The notes under the pieces were generated by a model, which did not search any database, was not told the origin of the DNA, and saw only the letters and a program-made list of their open reading frames with translations. This document shows positions 26,175 to 37,926 of a stretch of 64,000 nt of DNA, one piece after another. The position numbers and the translations under genes were made by a program. The number at the start of each line of letters is the position of its first letter. The stretch's first letter is position 1. The stretch comes from Gnetum montanum (lineage: Eukaryota; Plantae; Gnetophyta). The stretch covers positions 400,923 through 464,922 of the forward strand of contig MNCI01002119.1 of assembly GCA_015680685.1 (NCBI GenBank), in the 5' to 3' direction.

Positions 26175-26545
26175 AGTCCGCTATGACTATAAACTGGCAC
26201 AAATAGTCTGCTATGACTATAAACTGGCACAAATAGACCATTATGACTATAAACTAGCACAGATCATCTGCTATGATGTAAAACTAGCAAAGAATGTCCA
26301 CTACAACTATAAACTAGAACAACATGTTTGTGGGCCATGACGTTCAACTAGCACCCATAGTATAGTCCGATATGACCTTAAACTGGCCCATCCACCATCC
26401 ACTATGATGATAAACTAGCCTAGCAGTTTGCTAGGACCTTAAACTTGCACAACATTCTTCTAGGATCTTAAACTAGTACATCATGGTCTGCTGGGACCTT
26501 AAACCAATACATTGATGGTCTACCAAGACCTTAAACTAGGTTCAC
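26175..26545 (+). repeat. TAAACTRGC tandem array downstream of pol in B
   Basis: About 12 units of ~30 bp, homologous to 2869-3385. Confidence 0.88.
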
Positions 26546-27941
26546 AGTATAACGTCCTTAGCTCACATCCATGACCCTATAAATGAGCGAGCATGAATAG
26601 TGCCAACTTCCCAGATAGCACGGGGTGGGATGTTACAATTTCATAATGTAGTTCACGATGACAAGAAAACACCCTATGAAACATATGTAGTGCCACTGCC
26701 CCTGGCATCTTTTTCATCCTCCAAAGATGTCATCTAACATCTTGTTGACCTTCCGAAGCTACTACCACCATAGCCCATCATCTTCGCAGTAACTCCTGTT
26801 GTCAATGCCTACTATTGGAGTCCCAACACTATTGTGGCCCAACCACAGAGTTGCTACTCTCTAGCCCCCACCATCATCCAAGCCCAAAATATGTTTAGCT
26901 ATTATGATTCTCACCTTATAGCTAAAATACATGATGTTTGCCTTAGGCGGGGACTCCTAAGCACTCGCATCACCGTAACTCCTAGCCTTCTCGGTTCCAA
27001 CCCCTTCAGTCTTCTGCTACCAAAACTACTGCTGGTCTTTTTTCTTTAGACTCGCATGCCTCAACAACAATGCTCACTACTTTAGCAATGTTTAAAGCAA
27101 GTGAGATTCTGCCCTCACCTCATTTCATGGTTACATTTTTCTAGTTTGCTTTCTGTTGTGTTTGCAAGATGCAGGCTAAGATGGCATCGGTTAGAGATGC
27201 ATTTCACTAAGAGGATAGGACACTACATCATTCCAAAGTGATTGTTCTGACTAGTTTGACTACTTGGGAGTGCACATCCTGCCCTTCCTCTTATCCCTCT
27301 TCACCTTGTTTCTTACACCCGTAGTTTTCCTTTTCACATCTCTTTTACAAGTTTTCCCAATGCATATAAAGCCCTCCCACATGCTCGACCACAAACTCCA
27401 TGACGCGCGTAATGTAGCTTGCCACATGGGAAGCATCTGTACATAGGTTAAAGCCCCACATGGATATAACACAACTCATCTCAGGGAGGAAACACCTGTC
27501 CTACAACAATGAGGTTGTTTGCAAGTGAACGTGACTTAACAATAGAAGAAAAGTGCAAAAGTATAAAAGGGTAAAAGAGCTTTAAAAAAAGAAGCATGCC
27601 CAAAAAATGGCACACCAGCTATTTCACAACTACCATCTCTAAGAATTTTGACAAAGGGTCAAAAGGTAGCAAAAGAAATATGCCCATACGTGTCAACTCC
27701 CTCACAAGCACTCCAACGAGGGACTGCACTATGTTGCATCTTTTCCTTTCCTAAACCTATCCCCTCAAGTCCACCCTTTCCCCATTTCCCTACATGACTA
27801 TCCTAATACTCCCAAGCACAGAAAAGTGACATCTAAGCAACCACTAGAGAGCAATGTTGACATCTTGTTCTTCATGGTGTTTTGTATTCTTTTTTGACAT
27901 CTCTTAGGTAGATCCTCCAGATGTTGACAAAGAGGGGCCAC

Positions 27942-29538
27942 TAAAACACCATAAAATTTTAGGACCCTAATGCTTCAGCAGAGCCTTGGAATTTGGGCAA
28001 TGATTTTCATAAGTGTAGCATCATGTTGGAATGTCAGAACAGTGTAGGCACTAAGGATAGACTATACAGTTTGGTAAGTTTTCTATCTCTAGGACTGATA
28101 GGCCTATTTGACTCTCCAACCTGCCTAGCTGGACAATCGGTCCAGCTGACAATCTATCCAAGGACCATGGTAGGAGTTGTTGAAAGTGTTTAGGATGAGC
28201 TAAATAGTTCAGTAAGTTTTCTAATAGAGAAATCTGCTACCCTGCGTAGCGTAGCAAGCCTTGAAGAGACCAATTAAGAATCCAAGATGCAAGATGATAT
28301 CAAGTCAGTCTTCCAAAGCATTTGTCCATGTTGCAACAGTCAAGCAATCTTGCTCCACCAACACAAGGTGTTATGCTATGCTACGCCATGCAGTGTAGCA
28401 CAACTTAGTAGGCACAAGGTGCATAAAGGCCCCCCTACCAAGTGACTTCAACAAGAGGACCCTTGGGGCTGATTGTAGGCAAAAGGGAGCCTCAAGACCA
28501 AGGGTTGGCCCAATGGATACTTGGGACCAACTATATGCAAAAAAAACCCTTAAGACCATCTATTGGTTGAACAGATCCTTAGGACCAAATTTATAAGGGT
28601 TCAAGATGGTATGACAGTGGCAAAATTAACCCTTGGAACCAACTATTGGCTAGAAAAATCCTTGAGACCAAGGGTTGGCCCAATAGATCCTTAGGATCAC
28701 CTATTCACTGAACAGACCCTTGACACTAAGGGTTGGCCTAACGAACCCTCAAAACCAAGTGTTGGCCAAACAGAGCCTCATGACCAAATGTTTCCCAAAT
28801 GGACCCTTGGGACTACCTGTAGGAAAAATGGACCCTTAGGACCAAATGTTTCCCAAACAAACCCTTGGAACCAAGGCTTGACCCAATGAGCCCTTGGGAC
28901 AAAGGGTTTTCCCAATAGACCCTTAGTACCAAGTGTTGGACAAATAGACCCTCATGACCAAATTTATAAGGGTGTAGGATAGTATGGTGGAGCTTGGGTT
29001 GGTAAAATGGCCCTTGGGACCAAATATTGGCTAGATGAACCCTCAAGACCAAGGTTGGCCCAATGATTCTCCAAACTAAGTGTTGGCCAAACAAATCCTT
29101 GGGGCCAAGTGTTGGTCAAATGGGCCCTCAGGATCAACTATTCATCAAATGGACCCTTGACACTAAGGGTCAGCCTGACGGACCCTTGACAGTAAGGGTT
29201 GGCCTAACAGACCCTTGGAACCAACTGTAGGCAAAATGGACCCTTGAGAGCAAATGTTGCCCAAACGGACCCTTGGGACTAGCTATAGGCAAAATGGACC
29301 ATCAAGACCAAATGTTATCCAAACAAACCCTTGAGACCAAGGTTTGACCCAACAAACCCTCCAGGTAAAGTGTTGGCCACATGGACCCTTGGGATCAAAT
29401 GTCACCCAAATAGATCTTAGGGACCAATGGTTGACCCAATAGATCCTTTGTATAAAGTGTTGACCACACAGACCCTTGGGACCAAGGGTTGGCCCAACAG
29501 ATCCCTGGGACCAAATTTAAAAGGGTGCAGAATGGTAT
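27942..29538 (+). repeat. 5' part of the 3' LTR of element B, cut by element D
   Basis: Follows PPT AAAGAGGGG; starts TAAAACACC (decayed TGAAACACC); first ~450 bp homologous to LTR A. Confidence 0.8.
28460..29520 (+). repeat. Minisatellite of ~30 bp units (GACCCTTGGGACCAAGGGTTGGCCCAA-like) inside LTR B
   Basis: Roughly 30 degenerate copies; absent from homologous LTR A. Confidence 0.88.
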
Positions 29539-31146
29539 TATAACAACCGAAAACATTGATGGCTCGAATCATAAAGGGGTTAATGAACGCACAACCTTAA
29601 CCTTGCCTCTACATGAGGGCCTTGTTGGAAATGGAGGTAGAGCACCCTAAATAATATTTTCAATTGAAGAGATACTTTGTCGGTTCTAACCAGGGTGGGG
29701 GTTACAACTAGGGGGTGGCATGATTAGCAAAAATGCAAGTGCAAACAATGCAAAATAATGCTAAGTGTCAAAGCAATGCTTCATAGTGCTAAGTGTAGAG
29801 CATAGCCATGGAATGAAGGCAAGCATATCCAAGGGTTTTAACTGAAACAAAACTATCAACCCACAAAGACTACGACCTAAGTGTAGTATCACATGACAAT
29901 GCATGAAAAAGTGTAAAAATATGTAAGAAAAATGCAATAAAATTCCAAAAATGGGAGAGGGAAATGGAACACTTCCCCAAATGGGAGTGTAGTTAACTCC
30001 AAAAGGGTCTCAAAAGGTACATAATGTACAACAGCCATAGTGGGAGTGTAGTCACAATCTCAATGGTGTCAAGCCATGAAGTCTAGCACTCACCATGATG
30101 AACCATGCCTATCAAGTTGGCCACTATGGTGTATCATGGGCTATGGTATCTTGCAAGGCTATAGTGGGCCTATAGTGCATCGTAGAATGCAACTCTGCTT
30201 CTCTACCAGTGCATATGGGTCTCGTTCACCCAAATATGCTCAATGCCAAATGCCAAATGCCAAGTGCTAAAAATGCTCACATCTAAGGAATGTCAACTAC
30301 CTAGGAATGCCAATCATTAAAACATTGGGGATCCAAGGATATTTATAGGGCTAGGGTTAGCAAAAAACACAGATCAGGTGCCATGTGGCAATGCAGTAGG
30401 TGGGACTATGAGAAAATTTTCTAAGTCCAGAGGTAACCAGAAAAAGTTCAAAAATTTTCTAACTCTAGCTACATGTTACATGTGGGATGTGTAACTCAGT
30501 TGTTAGAAAACAAATTTGCAAAACTGGTAGTTGGAGCTAACTACACTTAACACTTAGAAAAATTTAAGCAAAGTGCCACTATTTTGACACTTAGCCAAAT
30601 TTTCAGTCAAGATGCTAAGACTCAAAATTTTGTGATGTTTCAATGTCCCTCTTTGTTAATGTCTGGAGGAGTGACTCAAGAGATGTTGAAAAAGAATTGC
30701 AAAACACCATAGTAGACATGGCACCAGCATTACTTGTTGATGCTAGATTGGGTGTCATTCCAACATGTTCAAGAGTGCTATGGATAAGGGTGTGTTGGGG
30801 CAAAGTGTGTAGGCAATGTGCTAGGGAGATGAAATGTAAGCAGAGGAAATAAAATGCAAATAGTGTATCCTAATGTAAGATGTGAAGTCTTCATGGCTGA
30901 CATTGACCATGGAATGAAGTAGCTTGCTCTTAAATCCTAACTCCCTATTAAGGTGCTATCAGAGAGTCAAAGTCGATCCAGGGCTAGGCTGATTGCAAAA
31001 CTATAGCACTTGTAAATTACTTGACGATGTGCTCCTTCCCTTTCTTTCTTTCTTTCTTTTTTGCATTTTTTTCTTTTTTCTTTGCATTTTTTCATTGCTA
31101 CGAGGTGAACTTCTATTAGGTTCAACTTACTACTGAATGCTAGCTA
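29539..31146 (-). mobile_element. Element D: 3' LTR (29539-30642), PPT and part of 3' region of a C-related element, interrupted by E
   Basis: Terminus TATAACAACC (decayed TGTAGCGACC), inner end GTTTCA at 30642 plus PPT; 30643-31146 homologous to C 19436-19860. Confidence 0.8.
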
Positions 31147-31155
31147 TGTAGCGAC

Positions 31156-32374
31156 TGTACCGCCTGAAATCGTCGGTCTCCGTCTGGAAGGAAAACAAAG
31201 ACCGTGGGATCACAGGACGAGAACAGAAGACCCTGCCTTCGCCTGAGGGTGAGATGGAATGCACGAAGGCAGAGTACCTTGGGTGGTCCGGATGCAGATC
31301 AGACAAGGATTTCCCCGCGCGTACGCAAAGTGTTGTACGCCGAGTTATGCGTAAACAACGTAGCGAGCGTAAACAAAGCGTAAACGGCATAAAACAAATG
31401 TGAACAGAGCGTGAGCGTAAACAGACGTGAACAAAATGCGTGGGCCAAGTTGACGTAAAACTGTAAAATATAAACAATCTAATGCAGCAAATGTAAACAA
31501 TGGTATTATAGAGTCAAAGTACAGTGCACCGGTCTAACGCAGTCGTGAGGGAACACAAGGCAGACAAAAAGCCCCAGCGTATGCAGGAATGACTCGGCTA
31601 GTTCGCAAGACAGGCGGAGCGTAGAGACTGTGTGTATAGCATACAGGGATCTCCAGCGTAAGAGGGTTTCAGCTCTTGTGTGCAGCGTAAATGTTCTCTG
31701 GTATGCTCCTGGATTTTTTCCAACTAACTTTGGTGAAGTGGGAAATCAGGGTTTATATACAGGTTGTTATTCTAGACTCGGGTTAGGAGACATGTGGTGC
31801 GTTGACCGGGTGCACACACTTTATAAAAATACAATATATTACATCTGTCGGGCGTATACGCTGGGCGTATACGCTGGGCGTATACGCTGGGTGGAGATGC
31901 TGTGTTGGGCGTATACTCTAGCGGATGCAGGGCGTATACACTGGTGAATGTAGGGCGTATACGCTGGTGAATGCTGGGCGTATACGCCGAAGGATGTCCA
32001 CTTGCTTCAATCCTTGTTCTTTGGTGTTATCTTCATGCTATCATTGGAGATCTTGTCATTGAGCGTATGCATCGGCAGTACCTGGGCGTATACGCTGTAT
32101 TGTCGAGCGTATACGCCGTAGAGTGCCAGACGTATACGTTGGGCGTACACGTTGTAGGGTGTCAAGTGTATACGCTGGGCGTATACGCTATAGGTGTGAA
32201 CTTGGGCGTATACGCTGGGCATATACGCTGGCGCAACATACTTGGTGAAAATCAAGTATTTCAAGCCCCGAGATTGCCATGTATGACATTTCATGTAGTT
32301 GAGGTCGTCTGTGGGTCTCAGGGTCCTTCTTTGGTGTCAGATAAGTACTAAGCGCCAAATTTTGTGTTGTTTCA
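31156..32374 (-). repeat. 3' LTR of element F
   Basis: Direct repeat of 47678-48746; PPT complement GCCCCTCTTT at ~32378-32387. Confidence 0.93.
31850..32232. repeat. Cluster of palindromic GCGTATACGC repeats in LTR F
   Basis: More than ten ggcgtatacgc(t) copies; same cluster at 48215-48602. Confidence 0.85.
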
Positions 32375-33409
32375 TTAGCCCCTCTTTGTTGACGCTTGGA
32401 GGAATCGACCCAAGAAGCATTGACAAAGAAATGCAAAACACCACAAGCAACTTGATAAAGACGTTGCCCACTGCCACTCGACAAGACGTCATCGCACCTG
32501 TTCAATAGTACATGGGATCGGGAAAGTGACATTTGTAGCTGGTAGGAGGATAGAGATCGTGGGGATTAGTGACTGCTCAAGGAATTGTGTGGTGGACAGG
32601 GAATGCTTAGGTATGTGGCATGTTGATCCTTGCCATTAGCCAATGTTTTAGCACACTCGGAGTTCAGACATGCAATGTGCATCCTTTGGCGGAACAGGAC
32701 CCTCGGTTAGTTTTCAAGAGAACTTGTTGACAGGGCCAAAGCCACGGGAGGATGTGTTACATTCTTTGGGAGAACAGGGCCCATGTTTAGTGTTTAGGGG
32801 AACCTGTTGACAGGGAGCCAAAGCCATGCAACATGATGTTTCTTGACTATTTTGGATATGAGTACTTGTCTTTGAGACGACTGCCTTCCCGCCTGGGGCT
32901 TATATGGGAAGTGCCCGGGATCTCGTTTTTTTTTGACGTAAGACTTTGCTCTGCCTTTGTACTCATGCGCAGATGCTGTGCTGCGTGTTGCAGCTGCTTT
33001 AAAGCGGTATAGTGTTGTAAATGTGCTGGGTGTGTCAAGGGGATGCCGGGATAAAGTGCGTTAGTGAATGGATAGGGAATTTTGTCGATGAATGGGGATG
33101 TACTAGTGAATGGTTTGATTTAGTCTTACCAGGTATGCTACGAACATTGTCTTATCTTACTACTCGTGATGAAGTGCATCTTTGTACGAAACTTCCGAAT
33201 GTCATCCTATAAACGTAACGCTGAGGAGACAAGAAAACCATGAGCGAATAGACGAGCTTAGACTTACATGGCGGTCGATGGCACAGCGGTGCTAAAGGAT
33301 GGCAGGCGTTGTATGTATATGACAGTAGTATTGATAAGGACGATTGATGACGAGCGATGCAGTGAAGCTGATGGATGATCATGGCGGCGGATTGATATGC
33401 CAGATGTGA

Positions 33410-33740
33410 ACTTGCCAGTTTATGATCTTGGCAGACTATCATGGGTTAGTTTTATGTCATAACTCATTAGACATTGCCTGTTTAGCGTCATGGCGGACAT
33501 CACATTGCTAGTTTTTAGTCTTAGCAGATTGTGAAGAGGCTAGCTAGTTTATAGTCTTAGGGGACTCTAATGGTTGTGACGGTGGCAGTTTACTGTAATG
33601 TCGGACGAATGCTAGTTTATTGCCCTTGCGGACGTTGTGGTATTAGTTTTAAGTCATAATCCAGGACTATTCTGTGGTATCAGTTTATCGTCATGATTCC
33701 AGGACGAGCTGTGGTATCAGTTTATAGTCGTAATTCCAGG
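33410..33740 (-). repeat. TAAACT motif array downstream of pol in F
   Basis: Repeated (ct)agtttatagtc units on + strand. Confidence 0.75.
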
Positions 33741-33764
33741 ACTTACACGTACCCGGGCTTGTGT

Positions 33765-36700
33765 TCAAACATAGAATGATTTTAGATATAGGTGATTGGT
33801 TGGATTGGCAAGCTCATTTCCTTCCATGTAGGCTAGCTTGAATGCACCATTATCAAATGCTTTGATGACCACGTAAGGCCCTTCCCAGTTGGCTGAGAAT
33901 TTGTCCGGGTGTTCCCAAACAGCCTTGAGCATAAGGTCGCCCTCTTTAATTAGGCGCTTGTTGATGTCATGGTGATGTCGCCATCGTTGTTTCTTTTGAT
34001 ACCATTCGATCTAGTCGAGCGCGTGTACGTGTTCCTCTTCTGCTGAGTTGAGGTCAATGATACGTAGCTCATTGTTTTGTCCGTCGTCGAGAAGTCCGGA
34101 GAGTGTGATCCTTAACGATGGTACCTGTAATTCCAGAGGTAAAACAACTTCTGAACCGTAAATAAGACTATATGGAGTTTTACCTGTTGACGTTCGGTGT
34201 GTAGTGCAGTATGCCCATAATGCGTACATTAATTGCTCGTGCCATTTCTTTTTGCTCTAGGTTAGCATTTTCTTAAGTATTGTAATGATCGTCTTATTTG
34301 TTGCTTCTACTTGCCCATTTCTTTGAGGATAGTAAGGGGAGGAAAACGAGTGTTTGATCCCCAGATTGTCGCAAAAAGTTTTTGTTTTGGCACTGCTAAA
34401 TTACGGCCCGTTGTCAGTGATGATTGTCATGGGAATGCCGAAACGGGTTACTATGTTTACAAGGATGAAATTGCACATGTGTTTAGATGTGGTTTTTCGA
34501 AGGGGAACAACTTCTACCCAGTTCATGAAATATTCAGTGGCGGTTATGATGAAACCATTCCCTACCGAAGATGAGGGTGTTATCAGGCCGATAAGGTCAA
34601 ATCCCCATTTTTGGAAGGGCCACGTGATTTGCGCTGTGTGCAACTCGTTCAGTGAGATGTGGATTAGGTTACTATGCTTTTGGCAAGTGTTGCATGTTTT
34701 AACCTTGGAGAGACAGTCATATTCCATGTGCGGCCATTAATAGCCTAATCATCTTATTTTCGTGGCCATGGCTTTTGACACTATGTGTTCTCCGTATAGT
34801 CCCTCATGTATTTGTTCAACTATGGCTTGGGCATCAGTACTACTAACGCATGTTAGCAATATGCCTTCGTAGGATCGATGACATAGTGTGTCCCCTACGA
34901 GGGTGTATTGCCTAGAACGTTTCCGCACCGCATCCTTCTATGCATGTGTTAGATGTCGTGGTGTTTCACCATGTAGAAGGTACTCTTTTATGTCATCATA
35001 CCATTCCACCGCGTGTGTTGTACTAATAGATGCAATTGGCAATGTGTCGGGGGTATCAATTATTGGTTCGGTATAGTTGATTACGGAGCTTGGTAGGGCA
35101 TGGAACATGTTGGGCGATATATTTAGCGCTAATGTGGCTAACGCGTCTGCGATGGTGTTATCATTTCGAGAGACGTGTTGCACATCAATGTTTTCGAACC
35201 GCCTCATTAGGTGTTTTTCCAAGTCACAGTATGGTTGTAAGTGTTGGGCTTTACACGTGTAAATATCTGTAACTTGGTTTACGACCAATTGTGAATCCCC
35301 TCTGACTACAAGCCGTGTGATGTCCGAAGCTAGTGTTGCCGTGAGACCTATAAGGAGACCTTCGTACTCTGCTATGTTATTCGTACAATGAAAGTTGAGG
35401 CGGTAGGCAAAGGGTCAGATCTCCCCAGAAGGATAGGTGATGACAGCGGCTGCAATTCCTCCTCAAGAGGTGGATGCTCCATCAAAGTTTAGAATGGCAT
35501 CATAATCTTGGGGCACTATGTCTATGGTGTTTATGTTCTCATCTGGGAATTCTAGGTCTATGGTTGCTTGATCACGCGTTGGTGACGTGGCCATTTGATC
35601 TGCTATGGCTTGACCCTTGATTGATGATTGCGCTACGTAGTATAGGTCAAACTCGGCTATCATGGCTTTCCACCGGGCTATTCGACTCGTTTCGTAAATG
35701 TTCCCTATTATAGCTCTCAGTACATTGTCCTTACAAATTATGTAGACTTGATTACGGAAGAGGTAATGTTGCCATTTTCTTAGAGAAAATACCAAAGCTA
35801 AACATGACTCCTCCACGTCGTTGTACTTCTTTTCGTGGGCAACTAAGGCATGGCTCAAGTAGTATATAGGGACTTCTGTTCTGTCATCTTATTTTTGGCA
35901 AAGCATAGACACGATGGACGATTCCGAAGTGGCAAGGTAGATGTAAAACGGTTTGTTGTTTTGGGGTGGGTAAACCGTAGGCAGTCGAGCAAGTGCTGTT
36001 TTGATGTTTTCGAACGCTTCCTGACACTGTGGAGTCCATTCAAAATGGACATTTTTACGTAACAGGTGGTTCATCGATTTTAGTTTTTCAATCAATCTTT
36101 CTACGAAGCACCTGATGAATTATAGTCTACCTTGTAGACCTCGAAGTTCAGTAAGGTTACTGGGTGGTTTCAGATTGGTGATGGCCTTAACCTTATCGGG
36201 GTCTACCCGTATCCCTGCCTCAGAGGCTATGAATCCAAGCATTTTGCCTGTTTTGACATCAAAGACACATTTTTTTGGATTAAGTCTTAGTTCATATTTT
36301 AAACAATGCTTCAAGACTAAGTCGAGGTCTTGTACATGTTGTTCGGTCGTTTTTGACTTAACCATGATGTCATCCACATAATCGTTGAGCGACCGTAACA
36401 TATAATCACTAAAGATAAATGTCATATCTCTTTGATATGTGGCCCCTGCATTCTTGAGACCAAAGGGCATCATGGTGTAACAAAAAGTTTCCCATGGGGT
36501 CATAAAGGTGGTTCGAAGTTGATGTTCCAGGTTGATGCGTATTTGGTTGTATCCTGAAAAACCATCCATAAAAGATAGCAAGGCATGTTCGGCAGTCGAG
36601 TCAACGAGTTGATCGATGCTGGGTAGGGGAAAGTCATCTTTTATGATTGCTACATTTAAATATCAGAAGTCGATGCATAAGCGAATGCTTCCATTTTTCT

Positions 36701-37241
36701 TCGGGATGATGACCATGTTTGACACCCACTCGGCGTAATCAACGACTCTAATGAAACCAGCTTGGTAAAGCTTGGTGATCTCATTGTGAACTGCCAATGC
36801 CACCTTAGGTCTAACTTTTCGTGCCTTTTGTTTTACCGGTCTTAGTTTGGGGTCGAGAATAATATTGTGTTGGACAATTCTAGGATCTAGCCCGGGCATG
36901 TCTGTGTAGGACCAAGCGAAGGCTTTCATGTTTTTCCTAAGTATGTTTTTAATGTCGTTCGCTAGTTGTGGTTGCAGTATGGCACTTAATTTTAATAATT
37001 TGATCTCCCCATCTGGCATGGTAATGGGGGTTTCAGCTAACGGATCTTCGGTGATGTTTTCGGCCTCTATGTCAAGGAATTTTATCATACCTTCGTAATC
37101 ATCTGTGGTTTTCCGTGTGGAGGCTATGAACATGTTGTCCGTTGGTGAACTTACATTGATGAAATTTATGTTAATGTCCCGCGTGATGTTGCCATATGGT
37201 CCATCCATGGTTAACGGCGCGATTAAATGCTGACAGTCCAT
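33765..37241 (-). pseudogene. pol: Degenerate pol of element F (RT-RH-aRH-INT)
   Basis: AFAWSYTDMPG, FMDGFSGYNQI, MPFGLKNAGATYQR, LNDYVDDI, NFDGAS..EYEGLL..GDSQ, WGFDLIG, IITDNGP. Confidence 0.94.
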
Positions 37242-37656
37242 TGAGCTTGACCCTACCAATAAATGGAGAGCTGCATGAGCAAAGGGGGATCGTTCAGTGT
37301 CTTTTGGTAATTTCAAACTATGTGTACATGTATAATGGTGGATTATCGTCACACCTAGATGCATGACAGTTTAAGGCCATACCGGGCCATGAGTGGTAGT
37401 TTAAGGCCATACCGGGCTGTCATCGGATGGGGAAATGGTAGTTTAAGGCCGTACCGGGCCGAAAGGTTGGTTTAAACTAGCGTAAACGTGTAAAATGGGG
37501 CCCATGGAAAAACCAAGACGCAATAATCTCTGTTTTTACTTAATTTTTAGTTAATTTTTATCACTTTTGGACAAAATTTGGCGAAAAATAAATGAAAAAG
37601 GCAAAAAAGGAAAAAAAAAGAGCAACGGCGGCGTCAGCGTCAGCGTCGTCGGGGCA

Positions 37657-37666
37657 CTATATAAAC
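37657..37666 (+). promoter_or_regulatory. TATA box of the antisense gene in F
   Basis: CTATATAAAC upstream of first coding exon (ATG 37927), divergent from pol. Confidence 0.55.
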
Positions 37667-37926
37667 AAAAGGGGGGGGGTCCATTTGTTTCTTACTTTGA
37701 AAACGACAGCGTAAGCGATAGAGCGCAACCTGCTAAAGCGTAAGCGTAAGCGTAAACCTACCTCTCAGCGTAGACGCCGATGAGAGACCCTAGCGTAGAT
37801 GCTGAAGATTAAACCCCAGCGTAGACGTGGAGTGACCCTAGCGTAGATGCCGAAGAGTGGACCTACGAGCACCAGCATAGACAGTTGCTCAGCATAAACT
37901 GACATCGATAGTGTAGACAATCCGAG

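Larger units (their letters stand above)
6534..29538 (+). mobile_element. Element B: Tat/Ogre-like retrotransposon (gag-PR, antisense gene, pol, 3' region, start of 3' LTR), interrupted by C and cut off by A and D
   Basis: Continuous domain order; integrase IIDLD|SIE resumes at 25876-25881 after C; PPT ~27929-27937, LTR starts 27942. Confidence 0.88.
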
